Shown here piece by piece: positions 9,118 through 18,964 of a stretch of DNA of 64,000 bases; positions within the stretch are counted from its first letter, which is position 1; each line of letters begins with the position of its first letter. Made by a program: the position numbers and the translations under genes. The notes under the pieces were generated by a model, which did not search any database, was not told where the DNA came from, and saw only the letters and a list, made by a program, of their open reading frames with translations. The DNA lies in the sequence record NZ_CP033968.1; one strand, given 5' to 3'. The stretch is from a plasmid.

Positions 9118-9604
9118 TGACAGACGTCAGTCGCCGTCAGATTACCTGAGATTGATGGCGGCGCTCGACGCGTCTCGAGATGATGCTTCTGGTGCGCTCG
9201 CCGGGGACTGCTTCTTCGGCGGATGCGTGGCCGTTCGATGTCTGGGGTTAGCGGCCTTTGCCTGAAGTTGAGCAGGTGCGGCGCATTTGGTGTAGGACTG
9301 GTTGGCCGGGACGACGCTGTTCTCGACAAGATCCGGGCAGTACCTTGTATCGGACAAGGGGCCTGGCGATGGGGACAGCAGCAAGGCCAGGTAGGCAACG
9401 ACACTGAGCATCTTGTAAATTACTAGAGTCTTCCGCGGTGGAAGCGTGTCCGTACGATAGACGCGCGAGATGACTGGCAGATTGCGAAGTAATTACGGGT
9501 CGGCAATGTTTGAGGTGATGGGTCGATTGGGAGTCAAAGGCAAGGCACACTGATTGCTAGTTGTGCGAGTCACTGCCGTCTCAGACCAACTGGAGCCCGT
9601 AACA

Positions 9605-12097
9605 ATGACCGAAAAGCTGCGCTTGGACATCCCTGTTTTACTTCCAGGCATCCCTGATTCCTCGGACCCCTGCGTCGAGCGGCTGCTTGCGGAACTGCGG
9701 GCCAAGGATGGCGTCGATGCGGCACATCTCAAGTCCGGCAGTCCGGGAGATGATCCCCAGCTCTGTGTGCATTACGATCCCGCGATCATTTCTCTTTCCC
9801 GTATCCGCGAACTGGTGACGAGCACTGGCGCGAAGCTTTCGTCTCGCTTTGGCCATGTTGTCTGGAATCTTAAGGGTATTACGCACGCGCGGCGGGCGAG
9901 GACGGTTGCAAGTCAGTTGCGTGATTTTCCGGGCGTCATCGAGGCAGAGGTCAGTGCGGCCGGCATGGCGCGCGTCGAATTCGACAACGAACGGACGTCG
10001 GCGGCGAAGATTCGGGAGGCGTTGGCACAACGGGGCCTTGCGCCGACGGACAGCAGCGCGCGGGGTGATCGTAGCCATGCCGGCCATGATCACGGCGAGG
10101 GTGCCGCGTCCCATGTTCATGGGGAGGAAAAGGGGCATGCCGGGCACGAGCACGGCGGAATGTTCGGGCCGAACACGGAACTGATTTTCTCCGTCATCTG
10201 TGGTGCCTTGCTCGGCGTTGGCTTCGCCATCGAGAAGCTGGTCGCCTATGCGCCTGGCTGGCTGCCGACCTCGCTCTTTGTTGTTGCCTACGTCTTTGGC
10301 GGCTTCTACACCGTACGCGAGGCAATCGAAAACCTTCGGTTGAAAAAGTTCGAGATCGATACGCTGATGCTAGTCGCCGCGGCGGGTGCGGCTTCGCTCG
10401 GCGCATGGGCTGAGGGCGCGCTACTGCTGTTCCTGTTCAGTCTCGGTCATGGACTCGAGCACTACGCGATGGGGCGGGCGAAGCGGGCCATCGAAGCCCT
10501 TGCCGAGCTCACGCCTGCTACGGCCAGGGTGCGCCGCGATGGCGATGTGAGCGAAGTACCGGTAGAGGAGTTGCGGGTCGGTGACGTGGTTGTTGTCCGA
10601 CCAAATGAACGTTTGCCCGTCGATGGATTCTTGGTGAGTGGGACGTCCTCGATCAATCAGGCGCCAGTGACTGGCGAGAGCATTCCCGTCGACAAGCAGC
10701 CGGTGGCTGATGTGCAAGCGGCTAGAACGAGGCCGGACGGTGTAGAGGCCAGCTCACGCGTGTTCGCCGGAACCATCAACGGGGCTGGGGCCATCGAAGT
10801 AGAAGTGACGCGTCTTTCCAGTGAGAGCGCATTGGCGAAAGTCGTCAAGATGGTCAGCGAGGCCGAGGCGCAGAAATCGCCCAGCCAACGATTCACCGAG
10901 AGGTTCGAGCGGATTTTCGTCCCGGCTGTACTTGTGCTGGCGGTATTGTTGCTGTTTGCAGGTGTGGTCGTCGATGAGCCGTTCAGCGCTAGCTTCTACC
11001 GCGCCATGGCGGTGTTGGTGGCTGCTAGCCCGTGCGCGCTTGCCATTGCTACACCTAGCGCGGTCCTCTCCGGGGTGGCACGGGCGGCCCGTGGAGGGGT
11101 ACTCATCAAAGGCGGGGCGCCGCTCGAGAATCTTGGCTCCCTCAAGGCGATCGCATTCGATAAGACTGGAACGCTCACCGAAGGGCGTCCTCGCATCACC
11201 GACGTGTTTGCTGCCGATGGCGTTTCCGAACAGGATTTGCTAACGGTGGCCGTGGCCGTGGAGTCTCTCAGTGACCACCCGCTGGCCGCCGCCATTGCGC
11301 GCGATGGCCGCAAGCGCCTGGAAGGAAGCCCCGTCCCGGAAGCGACGCATCTCCAAAGCCTGACCGGGCGCGGTGTCACGGCGACGTTGGGCAATGAAAC
11401 CGTGTGGATCGGCAAGCCGGACATGTTCGGTGCCGAGGGCATGGCCCCGCTGAGTGACGCGATGACGAAGGCCGCCCAGACGCTGCGGAGCAATGGTCGC
11501 ACGACGATGATCGTGAGGCAGGGGGACCGGGACCTTGGCGCTATTGGTCTGATGGATACACCACGCGCGTCGGCGCAATCCGCACTCCAGGCGCTGCGCG
11601 GTCTTGGTATTACGCGCATGATCATGATCTCCGGCGATCATCAGCGCGCGGCGGAGGCAGTCGCTAAGGAAGTGGGCATCGACGAAGCTTGGGGCGATCT
11701 GATGCCCGAGGACAAGGTCGAAGCGATTCAAAAACTGCGCGCGGAAGCCAAGGTGGCAATGGTAGGGGACGGCGTCAACGATGCGCCGGCGATGGCAAAT
11801 GCCACCGTGGGTATTGCTATGGGCGCTGCAGGTTCCGACGTGGCACTGGAAACGGCCGACGTGGCACTGATGGCCGACGATCTCAAGCACCTGCCGTTTG
11901 TGGTCGGGCTGAGCCGCCACACGCGGGCCATCATCCTGCAGAACGTCTATATCAGTCTGGGTGTCGTGGCTTTCCTACTGCCAGCGACGATCCTTGGTCT
12001 CGGCATCGGTCCCGCCGTCGCGATGCATGAGGGTTCGACCCTCATCGTCGTATTCAATGCACTTCGGCTGCTTGCTTATCGCGACAAGTCCAGATGA
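9605..12097 (+). CDS. Heavy-metal translocating P1B-type ATPase, SPC-motif (P1B-4/CzcP-like) with His-rich N-terminal stretch
   Basis: DKTGTLT, GDGVNDAPA and TGES motifs; transmembrane SPC (VAASPCALAIATP) instead of CPC; HAGHDHGEGAASHVHGEEKGHAGHEHGG His-rich segment; no CxxC HMA motif. The ORF is open from 9554 (TTG) but ATG 9605 has a GGAG RBS. Confidence 0.9.
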   Translation: MTEKLRLDIPVLLPGIPDSSDPCVERLLAELRAKDGVDAAHLKSGSPGDDPQLCVHYDPAIISLSRIRELVTSTGAKLSSRFGHVVWNLKGITHARRARTVASQLRDFPGVIEAEVSAAGMARVEFDNERTSAAKIREALAQRGLAPTDSSARGDRSHAGHDHGEGAASHVHGEEKGHAGHEHGGMFGPNTELIFSVICGALLGVGFAIEKLVAYAPGWLPTSLFVVAYVFGGFYTVREAIENLRLKKFEIDTLMLVAAAGAASLGAWAEGALLLFLFSLGHGLEHYAMGRAKRAIEALAELTPATARVRRDGDVSEVPVEELRVGDVVVVRPNERLPVDGFLVSGTSSINQAPVTGESIPVDKQPVADVQAARTRPDGVEASSRVFAGTINGAGAIEVEVTRLSSESALAKVVKMVSEAEAQKSPSQRFTERFERIFVPAVLVLAVLLLFAGVVVDEPFSASFYRAMAVLVAASPCALAIATPSAVLSGVARAARGGVLIKGGAPLENLGSLKAIAFDKTGTLTEGRPRITDVFAADGVSEQDLLTVAVAVESLSDHPLAAAIARDGRKRLEGSPVPEATHLQSLTGRGVTATLGNETVWIGKPDMFGAEGMAPLSDAMTKAAQTLRSNGRTTMIVRQGDRDLGAIGLMDTPRASAQSALQALRGLGITRMIMISGDHQRAAEAVAKEVGIDEAWGDLMPEDKVEAIQKLRAEAKVAMVGDGVNDAPAMANATVGIAMGAAGSDVALETADVALMADDLKHLPFVVGLSRHTRAIILQNVYISLGVVAFLLPATILGLGIGPAVAMHEGSTLIVVFNALRLLAYRDKSR

Positions 12098-12103
12098 TGC
12101 AAA

Positions 12104-12136
12104 GGTCGCGTTCAGGCAAGGATGCCGGACGCGACC
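12104..12136. terminator. Probable bidirectional stem-loop between the convergent ATPase and His-rich mini-protein genes
   Basis: GGTCGCG-N19-CGCGACC hairpin followed by a T-rich stretch (cacagttttt). Confidence 0.4.
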
Positions 12137-12153
12137 GCCCTCACAGTTTTTCC

Positions 12154-12462
12154 TTACTTGGCTTTGCCGCAACTGCCGCAGAACTTGGCATCTTGCGCAA
12201 GGGCGGTGCCGCATTGCGTGCACGGCGTGGGAACCAGCGAACTACCGCATTGTTGGCAGAAGCGTGCACCATTGACGCCCACAACACCGCAGGTTGGGCA
12301 GGGATGCCTGGCGTAGCTCTGCGGCGGCGCAGGGGGATTGCCGTAACCGTTGCCGGAATCACCATAACCATTGCCGTGATGGCCTCCGCCGTGACCGCGC
12401 CGCATTCCCTTGCCATGGTGGCCGCCGCCGTGACCGCTCAAGAGTCGTTCCAGGAAACCCAT
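12154..12462 (-). CDS. His/Gly-rich small protein with C-terminal double zinc ribbon
   Basis: 102 aa: GHGGGHHGKGMRRGHGGGHHGNGYGDSGNGYGNP repeats, then CPTCG...FCQQCG...CTQCG...FCGSCG (two CxxC-x-CxxC ribbons). Strong AAGGAGAG RBS. Convergent on the metal ATPase. Confidence 0.65.
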   Translation of the reverse strand: MGFLERLLSGHGGGHHGKGMRRGHGGGHHGNGYGDSGNGYGNPPAPPQSYARHPCPTCGVVGVNGARFCQQCGSSLVPTPCTQCGTALAQDAKFCGSCGKAK

Positions 12463-12703
12463 CTATTCTCTCCTTAGTGGATATGTGTCGTCGCGTTTGC
12501 GGGGCGCTCGGGACCTTCGCTTCGCTGTCCCGTAGCGCATCGCGTTGCCAATGACTGCAGTAGATAGTCTGTAGTAGCTACAGGGTCAACGGATGAAAAT
12601 GGCGAGGGGTGGTGAAAGTTGCTGGTATTTCACATTCTGTCAAAGACGTCATGATGCCGACGCTTGCTCGCCATCTGCGGGCGTCGCGCACGTCTTCAGC
12701 CGG

Positions 12704-13828
12704 CTAACGAACCGAGGCCAGCTTCTCGGTTAGAGCGGAGGCTTGGTGCCGGCCGTCCGCCAGATCCGGCTCTTCACCCTGAGATCTACCCGGTGCGTGG
12801 AAGATGGCTGCAGGCGCCATTGGGGTCCTTGCTGGCTGCCGCGGTTCCTGAACTACGCCGCTGACGCTAGGCTCGGTGCCTGCGGGCGCTGCATAGCTCG
12901 CAACGAGATACACCGGGCGTCGCTTGACCTCATTAAACAGCCGCCCGACATACTCCCCCAGTATTCCGAGAAAGACGAGTTGCAGCCCGCCAAGCATCAG
13001 CAGGACGGTCATCATCGATGGATAGCCGTGTACAGGGTCGCCATAGAGCAGCGTCTTGCCGACGATGTAAGCAGCCATGCCAAATGCAGGGATGGCGACA
13101 AGCAGGCCAATGGAGGTCGCGAACTTGAGCGGGACAGTGGAAAAGGCGGTAATGCCGTCCACCGCAAAGCGCAGGAGCTTACGGTAGTTGAACTTGGTCG
13201 TTCCCGATGCCCGTGCGTCGCGCCGATACATGACCGCGGTCTGACGGAATCCGATCCAGGAGTAAAGCCCCTTCATGAACCGGTGTTGCTCTCGAAGCTG
13301 CCCCAATGCAGCCACAGCACGCCGGCTCATGACACGGAAGTCACCGGTGTCGGCCGGGATCTCCGTGTCGCTGAGTTTGCCCATCAGTCGATAGAACCAG
13401 TGCGCGGTGAACTTCTTGAGGAACGACTCGCCGTCCCGAGAGGTACGCGTGGCATAGACCACGTCGAAGCCCTCTCGCCATTTGTCGACCAAGGCGGGAA
13501 TCAACTCCGGCGGATCTTGCAGGTCGGCATCGATGATCACCACGGCGTCACCGCCTGCCACATCGAGGCCTGCGGTCAGTGCGGCCTCTTTGCCGAAGTT
13601 GCGACTAAGTTCGACAATGCCCACGCGCGCTTCATCGGCCTTCAGACGGTGCGCCAGTTCCAACGATCGGTCTCGGCTGCCATCGTCGACATAGATGACT
13701 TCGTAGTCGGAACCCAGTCCCTCCATGACGCGGAGGAGCCGGAAATGAAACTGGGGCAGGACGGCCTCTTCATTGAAGAGCGGCACGACGACCGAAATCT
13801 TCTCGGTCGGCAGGGTGGGATCATTCAT
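12704..13828 (-). CDS. GT2-family polyprenyl-phosphate glycosyltransferase (ArnC/GtrB-like)
   Basis: KISVVVPLFNEE...YEVIYVDDGSRD...IIDADLQDPPE...two C-terminal TM helices. ATG 13828..13826 overlaps the TGA of the upstream GtrA-like gene (ATGA). The longer annotated ORF (to 14041) is an in-frame upstream extension. Confidence 0.85.
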   Translation of the reverse strand: MNDPTLPTEKISVVVPLFNEEAVLPQFHFRLLRVMEGLGSDYEVIYVDDGSRDRSLELAHRLKADEARVGIVELSRNFGKEAALTAGLDVAGGDAVVIIDADLQDPPELIPALVDKWREGFDVVYATRTSRDGESFLKKFTAHWFYRLMGKLSDTEIPADTGDFRVMSRRAVAALGQLREQHRFMKGLYSWIGFRQTAVMYRRDARASGTTKFNYRKLLRFAVDGITAFSTVPLKFATSIGLLVAIPAFGMAAYIVGKTLLYGDPVHGYPSMMTVLLMLGGLQLVFLGILGEYVGRLFNEVKRRPVYLVASYAAPAGTEPSVSGVVQEPRQPARTPMAPAAIFHAPGRSQGEEPDLADGRHQASALTEKLASVR

Positions 13829-14208
13829 CGCATCGCTCCATTCATGAACGTCCAGTTTGCATGGAGTACGTAGTTGACCAACATGACTAAAAGGGTCGAG
13901 GCGATCTGGGCAATCAGGTAATGCAGACCGACGGCCAGTCCTGCCCACATCAGAATTGAGTTGAGCAGGAATGCCAGGACCGAGACCAGGATGAACCGGA
14001 CGAAGGCGGCGCGCTCCGAGTGAGCACGTACGAACACCCATCGGCTGCTGATGAAATAGTGGCTCAGCAGTCCGACGACGCTACCGGCTGCCGACGCCGG
14101 TAACGCAGGCGCACCAAAGCTGACGAGCGCGATCAGCGCGGCATAGTGCAACGCAGTAGCCGTCGCGCCAGCGCCAAGAAATCGTACAAAACGCGCCGGG
14201 ATGGTCAT
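13825..14208 (-). CDS. GtrA-family small membrane protein (putative polyprenyl-P-sugar flippase subunit)
   Basis: About 127 aa, four hydrophobic helices (FVRFLGAGATATALHYAALIAL...YVLHANWTF), GtrA-like. ATG 14208..14206 overlaps the TGA of the ArnT-like gene (ATGA). Confidence 0.75.
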   Translation of the reverse strand: MTIPARFVRFLGAGATATALHYAALIALVSFGAPALPASAAGSVVGLLSHYFISSRWVFVRAHSERAAFVRFILVSVLAFLLNSILMWAGLAVGLHYLIAQIASTLLVMLVNYVLHANWTFMNGAMR

Positions 14209-15866
14209 GGCTTCTGCACGAGAACGTTGACGCCATGTCGGCTGAGCACGGTCGTATCCGCTCCGAGCAACGCCTTCAGTCGCTCGAACGTGTCCTTGCG
14301 CATGACGGCGAGCTTGTGGCCGGGGGCTGTCCATCGCTGTACAAACGCAGCTTCATCGGCGATCCACTTGTTGGGTTCGACCGTGAAGCCAAGATCCAGC
14401 TCGGATCTGGCCCCCACAATGGTGGGCTCCCGCTCGGCATAGAATGCCAGGCCCCGGTCAATCTGCCCGACGTTGAACAGTTCCGTGTTGATGCGGGCCG
14501 CAGCTTTGGCTTCAATGCCGATCGGCTTGATGGAAAGCGATTCAAATGCTCGCGACGCCAGCAGTCCCGTCTGTAGGCCGGCAAGTGTCGCCAGGGACGC
14601 GACGGCGACCGCGCATAGCCTGCGGCCACGCATAGCGATGCCAAAGGCCAGGAAGCCCCCCAGCACCAGGATCGCCATGGTGACGGAGCCCCATACCTGG
14701 AGCGATGCTGGGTCAGTGACGTCGCGCTTTAGCACCGCACCCGACAGTGTCGGGTGCCACAGCAGAAACGCGATCGCTACGCCAAGCAGCGGCAAGGAGA
14801 GGAAGCTCGCGGCAAGGGTGGGGCGACTCACGGCCATTGCCCGATGGGCAAGCAGTACGGCCGCCGGCGGAAAGGCGGGGAGGATATAGAGCGGCAGCTT
14901 GGAGCGGGAAATCGAGAAAAATCCAATCACCACGATCACCCATAGCGACAGAAATAGCTGGGAATCGAAGCTCCGCGTTGTCCGGGCCAATCCCGGCCGA
15001 GGTGCGATGGCGCCGGGAATCAGAGCGATGAACGGCAGGACGCCGGCGGCACCCACTGCAAGGAAGAACCAGACGGGCTTGTCTCGCTCATGCACCGAAG
15101 ACGAGAACCTTGCAAAATGCTCGTGGATGAAGAAGTAGTTTAGAAACTCCGGGTTGCGTACCGAAACCATGATGATCCACGGCACTGCAATCGCAACGGC
15201 GAGCAGGCTCCAGCGCCAGAATTTGGTGCTCAGGAAGCTGAAGATCTGCCCGGTCAGCAGTGCATAGAGCAACAACGTGATTGCTGGCAGCACCACGGCG
15301 ATCAAGCCTTTGGCGAGGAAAGCCAGTCCAACCAGCAACCAGACGGCTGGGAACAGGCGAGGCTCTCGCTTCTGGTAGGCGACCGTGAACATCAGGGCTG
15401 CGCTTCCGAGAAGCGCACCGACGCCAATGTCCGTCGTTGTCAGATTCGAGCCAAGAATCCAGAGCGGGGCGCCAACAAGTGCTAGTGCAGCAGCCAGGCC
15501 CATCTGGCTTCCGTAGAGCAATCGCGCCGCCCACCATGCGGCAGCGACGCCCAAGAGTCCTGCGAGGGCACTCCAGATCCGGGCGGTCCATTCGGAAGGG
15601 CCAAAGATCTCGTAGGCGGTAGCGGTCGCCCAGTACTGGAGCGGTGGTTTGTCGAAGAACTTGACGCCGTTCAGGCGTGGTGTGACCCAATCACCTGAGA
15701 CGTACATCTCGCGGGGAACCTCGGCGTATCGCCCTTCATCGGGCTCATACAGCGGGCGCATGGATAGCGTGGAAATCCAGAGGACCACCGTGATCGCGAT
15801 GGTCAAGGCCAAGAGAATCTTTCGCTTCAAGAGACTGCCCATCAAGGTTTCGGCGACAATCGCCAC
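14205..15866 (-). CDS. ArnT/PMT-family (GT39/GT83) lipid-linked glycosyltransferase, polytopic membrane protein
   Basis: RPLYEPDEGRYAEVPREM..GDWVTPRLNGVKFFDKPPLQYW signature of 4-amino-arabinose / dolichyl-type transferases; 553 aa with many TM helices. First gene of an ATGA-coupled three-gene operon. Confidence 0.85.
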   Translation of the reverse strand: MAIVAETLMGSLLKRKILLALTIAITVVLWISTLSMRPLYEPDEGRYAEVPREMYVSGDWVTPRLNGVKFFDKPPLQYWATATAYEIFGPSEWTARIWSALAGLLGVAAAWWAARLLYGSQMGLAAALALVGAPLWILGSNLTTTDIGVGALLGSAALMFTVAYQKREPRLFPAVWLLVGLAFLAKGLIAVVLPAITLLLYALLTGQIFSFLSTKFWRWSLLAVAIAVPWIIMVSVRNPEFLNYFFIHEHFARFSSSVHERDKPVWFFLAVGAAGVLPFIALIPGAIAPRPGLARTTRSFDSQLFLSLWVIVVIGFFSISRSKLPLYILPAFPPAAVLLAHRAMAVSRPTLAASFLSLPLLGVAIAFLLWHPTLSGAVLKRDVTDPASLQVWGSVTMAILVLGGFLAFGIAMRGRRLCAVAVASLATLAGLQTGLLASRAFESLSIKPIGIEAKAAARINTELFNVGQIDRGLAFYAEREPTIVGARSELDLGFTVEPNKWIADEAAFVQRWTAPGHKLAVMRKDTFERLKALLGADTTVLSRHGVNVLVQKP

Positions 15867-16334
15867 CGATATTCGTCAATTACTGTCAGCCCCAGCGAAG
15901 GGCCAGGGCCTCGGAGGTGTTGCGTTGCTCTCGTGACGTTGTGCGTGTGGCAGAACACGTGGCGCATTCTTGATCTCCGCGAGGAGTAGATGCGACTTGC
16001 ACTGGGAGTCGATTGGGTGGCGGCCGGCCGGAGTGTCGCTGGGCGTCCGAGCCCTCGATCCCTGGAAGCGAACAGGGGGATTCTAGGGGGCTTACCTGTC
16101 GGGGGGATTACGAAATGATGACGGCGTAGCCACTGACGAGTATCTAGCGAAAAGAAGGCGGAACGTCGCAGCGTTGGCCCCATACCAGTCGCAGGGGCTG
16201 TAATCGCTTCGCAATGCGCAAGCAATCTTTCTCATAGTAGACTCGCGCCGCTCCCGCTTTGACGTTGAACTTTCACGAAGGTCGACAGACCGCTCACAAG
16301 ACTAGGTGCGGACCGTTGCGGACTGCGATGCCTG

Positions 16335-16868
16335 GTGGTTTCCTCCACGCAGCAGAATGGCGAAATATTTCGGGTCATGCGGTCGATATTGACATCCGCT
16401 CTGTTGATGATCTCGGCCTATCAGGCGTGGGATTTCTACCATCTCGCTACCAAATCCACTGATTCCCATGCATTTGCGGAGGCAGGTGTCGGCGCGGCAG
16501 GGATAATGGCAATGGCCTGGCTCGTGATTCGTGAGCGACGGCGTCGCTCCTTACAGAAACTGCGCGCGGTTGCCGCCAGTGCGGCGGCGCGACAGCAGGC
16601 GATGATCGAGCGAGACGAAGCGTCCATCCAAGTCACGCGGAATTTCCTTCAGTCGATGCGAATTCAGTTCCAGCTGTGGAAATTGACGCCATCCGAGATG
16701 GATGTGGCAACGCTTCTGATGAAGGGGCTTTCCGTCGAAGAATGTGCGCATGCGTTACAGTGCGGTGATACGACCGTACGGGAGCATGCTGCCAGCCCGT
16801 ACAAGAAGGCGGGCCTCGCCAATCGCCATCAGCTTGTTGCCTATTTTTGGGGCGATTTGTTGGGGTGA
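16335..16868 (+). CDS. LuxR/GerE-family HTH regulator with N-terminal membrane segments
   Basis: C-terminal LTPSEMDVATLLMKGLSVEECAHALQCGDTTVREHAASPYKKAGLANRHQLVAYF is a GerE-type HTH. Two hydrophobic helices at the N-terminus. Start possibly Met 16377. Confidence 0.7.
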   Translation: MVSSTQQNGEIFRVMRSILTSALLMISAYQAWDFYHLATKSTDSHAFAEAGVGAAGIMAMAWLVIRERRRRSLQKLRAVAASAAARQQAMIERDEASIQVTRNFLQSMRIQFQLWKLTPSEMDVATLLMKGLSVEECAHALQCGDTTVREHAASPYKKAGLANRHQLVAYFWGDLLG

Positions 16869-17017
16869 ACCGATGATTACTGCGTCCCCGCTCATAGAGC
16901 GTGCTCTGTAGATTCGATACGGTTTGGCACGCCTTCGCACGAACGTGCGAGGTTGAATCAGGCAGCACCAGACTAACAAATTAGATTACCGGCACTGCGT
17001 CGCCGCGTGAGCAGGTT

Positions 17018-17596
17018 TTGTGTCGTGAGCGTATGAACAGACTTCTTCAAGCTATACACGATAGCCTTCCCCCGTGGATGGCAGATTGGTTCGATATTCT
17101 GGTCCCGGCAGTTGAGGTTGTTCTGATAGGCGCGGTTGCATGGCTAGCGGTGCGCATCGCAAGTCGGTTGCTCCGGAAGCTGACAAAAACGTATTTACTA
17201 CCGGCCAAGGTCGCCGCGCTTTCGTTGCGTGTCGTCGCGGCGATCGTCTACGTGGCGGCCACCCTGTGGGCTTTGGAGCGATTGGGTGTATCCGGTACCG
17301 TACTGTGGACGGCATTCACGGGCTTCGCGACCGTCGGTGCTGTCGCGTTCTTCGCGGCGTGGAGTGTGCTGTCGAACTTGTTCTGTGCGCTGCTGATCTA
17401 CTTTACCGGGGCATTCCGCATCGGGGAAACGGTTGAGCTGCTCGAGAATGGAGAAAAGCCAGGGATAAAGGGACGGGTACAGGACATCAACCTCGTCTAT
17501 ACGACGTTGCTGGAAGCTACCTCAGACGGACAGGAGGTCGTGCTACAGCTACCGAATAGCTTGGTGTTTCAGCGTGTTCTTCGACGATGGAAGTAG
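17018..17596 (+). CDS. MscS-family small mechanosensitive channel-like protein
   Basis: Three TM helices followed by a beta-domain GD.VE...G.V.DI.L..T.L (FRIGETVELLENGEKPGIKGRVQDINLVYTTL). Start likely Met 17033. Confidence 0.6.
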   Translation: MCRERMNRLLQAIHDSLPPWMADWFDILVPAVEVVLIGAVAWLAVRIASRLLRKLTKTYLLPAKVAALSLRVVAAIVYVAATLWALERLGVSGTVLWTAFTGFATVGAVAFFAAWSVLSNLFCALLIYFTGAFRIGETVELLENGEKPGIKGRVQDINLVYTTLLEATSDGQEVVLQLPNSLVFQRVLRRWK

Positions 17597-17811
17597 GATC
17601 GGACGATCACTCCGCACGACGATATATTGGAACTGGGAGGAAGGCCGACCGAACGCAAATGGTGACGCACTTTGGTCGCGCGGACTGACGGGTCGAACGT
17701 GTCTGCTGGCAGGATTCGAGGCAGCCCCCTTGCTTGCCAGATACCGTCACGCCTGGCATTTCCTTTGGCGCGGAAGGACAATGTGCTTACTCGGTTTGAG
17801 GTTCTACGGCA

Positions 17812-18867
17812 ATGTCTCTGCGTACCGCTTCCCCAGCACTATTGGCGGCACTCCTCTTCGGTGCCAGTACACCCCTTGCAAAATCCCTGACCGGCGCGGT
17901 CTCACCGATCCTGCTTGCGGGACTCTTGTATCTCGGGAGCGGCGTCGGGCTTGCCTTGGTGATCGTGGCGCGACGGCTGTGGCACCCACCCGCCTTGTCG
18001 AGTGAGCAGCTCGGCATACCTAAGGCTGATTGGACCTGGCTATTGGGCGCCATCCTAGCTGGTGGCGTCGCTGGCCCAGGGCTTTTGATGACCGGGCTCG
18101 TGTCAACCAATGCCGCGTCGGCATCACTCCTCTTGAACGTAGAGGGAGTGTTCACCGCGATGATTGCCTGGATCGTGTTCAAGGAAAACGCCGACCGGCA
18201 GATTGTGCTCGGCATGATTGCCATCGTTGCGGGCGGTATGCTGCTCTCCTGGCAGCCAGGAAGTCTGCAGTTGTCGATGGGCGCATTATTGATCGTCGCG
18301 GCTTGCCTGTGCTGGGCAGTGGACAACAACCTGACGCGCAAGGTGTCGAGCAACGATGCGCTCTTGCTGGCTTGTATCAAGGGGCTGGTCGCCGGGCTCT
18401 GCAATACAGCGTTGGCCCTGGCGCAGGGGGCGGCATTGCCTTCGCCAACGGTCCTAGCCGGTGCGATGTTGGTCGGATTCGCCGGCTATGGCGTTAGCCT
18501 TGCGCTGTTCGTGGTAGGGTTGCGCGTTCTCGGCACCGCCAGAACGGGAGCTTATTTCTCGGTAGCCCCGTTGATTGGGGTCGTGATCTCGTTCGCGATT
18601 TGGCCAGAGGTGCCGAGCGTGGCGTTCTGGCTCGCCGCAACGTTGATGATGCTGGGGGTGTGGTTGCACTTGCGGGAGCGGCACGAACATGAGCACACCC
18701 ACGAGCCGCTCGATCATATTCACGCGCACCGGCACGACGAGCACCACCAGCATACGCACGACTTTCCCTGGGACGGCCGAGAACCCCACCGGCATCGGCA
18801 CCATCACGAAGCGCTTGTGCACAAACACCCGCACTATCCAGACCTCCACCATCGCCATTCGCATTAG
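17812..18867 (+). CDS. DMT/EamA-family transporter with His-rich C-terminal tail
   Basis: Ten predicted TM helices with duplicated EamA halves. The C-terminus is EHEHTHEPLDHIHAHRHDEHHQHTHDF...HRHRHHHEALVHKHPHYPDLHHRHSH, about 30 His in 70 aa. Confidence 0.75.
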   Translation: MSLRTASPALLAALLFGASTPLAKSLTGAVSPILLAGLLYLGSGVGLALVIVARRLWHPPALSSEQLGIPKADWTWLLGAILAGGVAGPGLLMTGLVSTNAASASLLLNVEGVFTAMIAWIVFKENADRQIVLGMIAIVAGGMLLSWQPGSLQLSMGALLIVAACLCWAVDNNLTRKVSSNDALLLACIKGLVAGLCNTALALAQGAALPSPTVLAGAMLVGFAGYGVSLALFVVGLRVLGTARTGAYFSVAPLIGVVISFAIWPEVPSVAFWLAATLMMLGVWLHLRERHEHEHTHEPLDHIHAHRHDEHHQHTHDFPWDGREPHRHRHHHEALVHKHPHYPDLHHRHSH

Positions 18868-18964
18868 GAAACCGCACAATTCCGTTGGCGATAGCTATCG
18901 CGCGAAAACAGGGAGCCGCGCCACCAAGCTGCATCTGCTCGACGAACTGGTCGACGTCGTTACG

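Noticed and set aside
12743-13873. 376-aa plus-strand ORF
   Set aside because: Antisense to the GT2 glycosyltransferase, whose DXD/QXXRW-type motifs and ATGA coupling identify the true coding strand.
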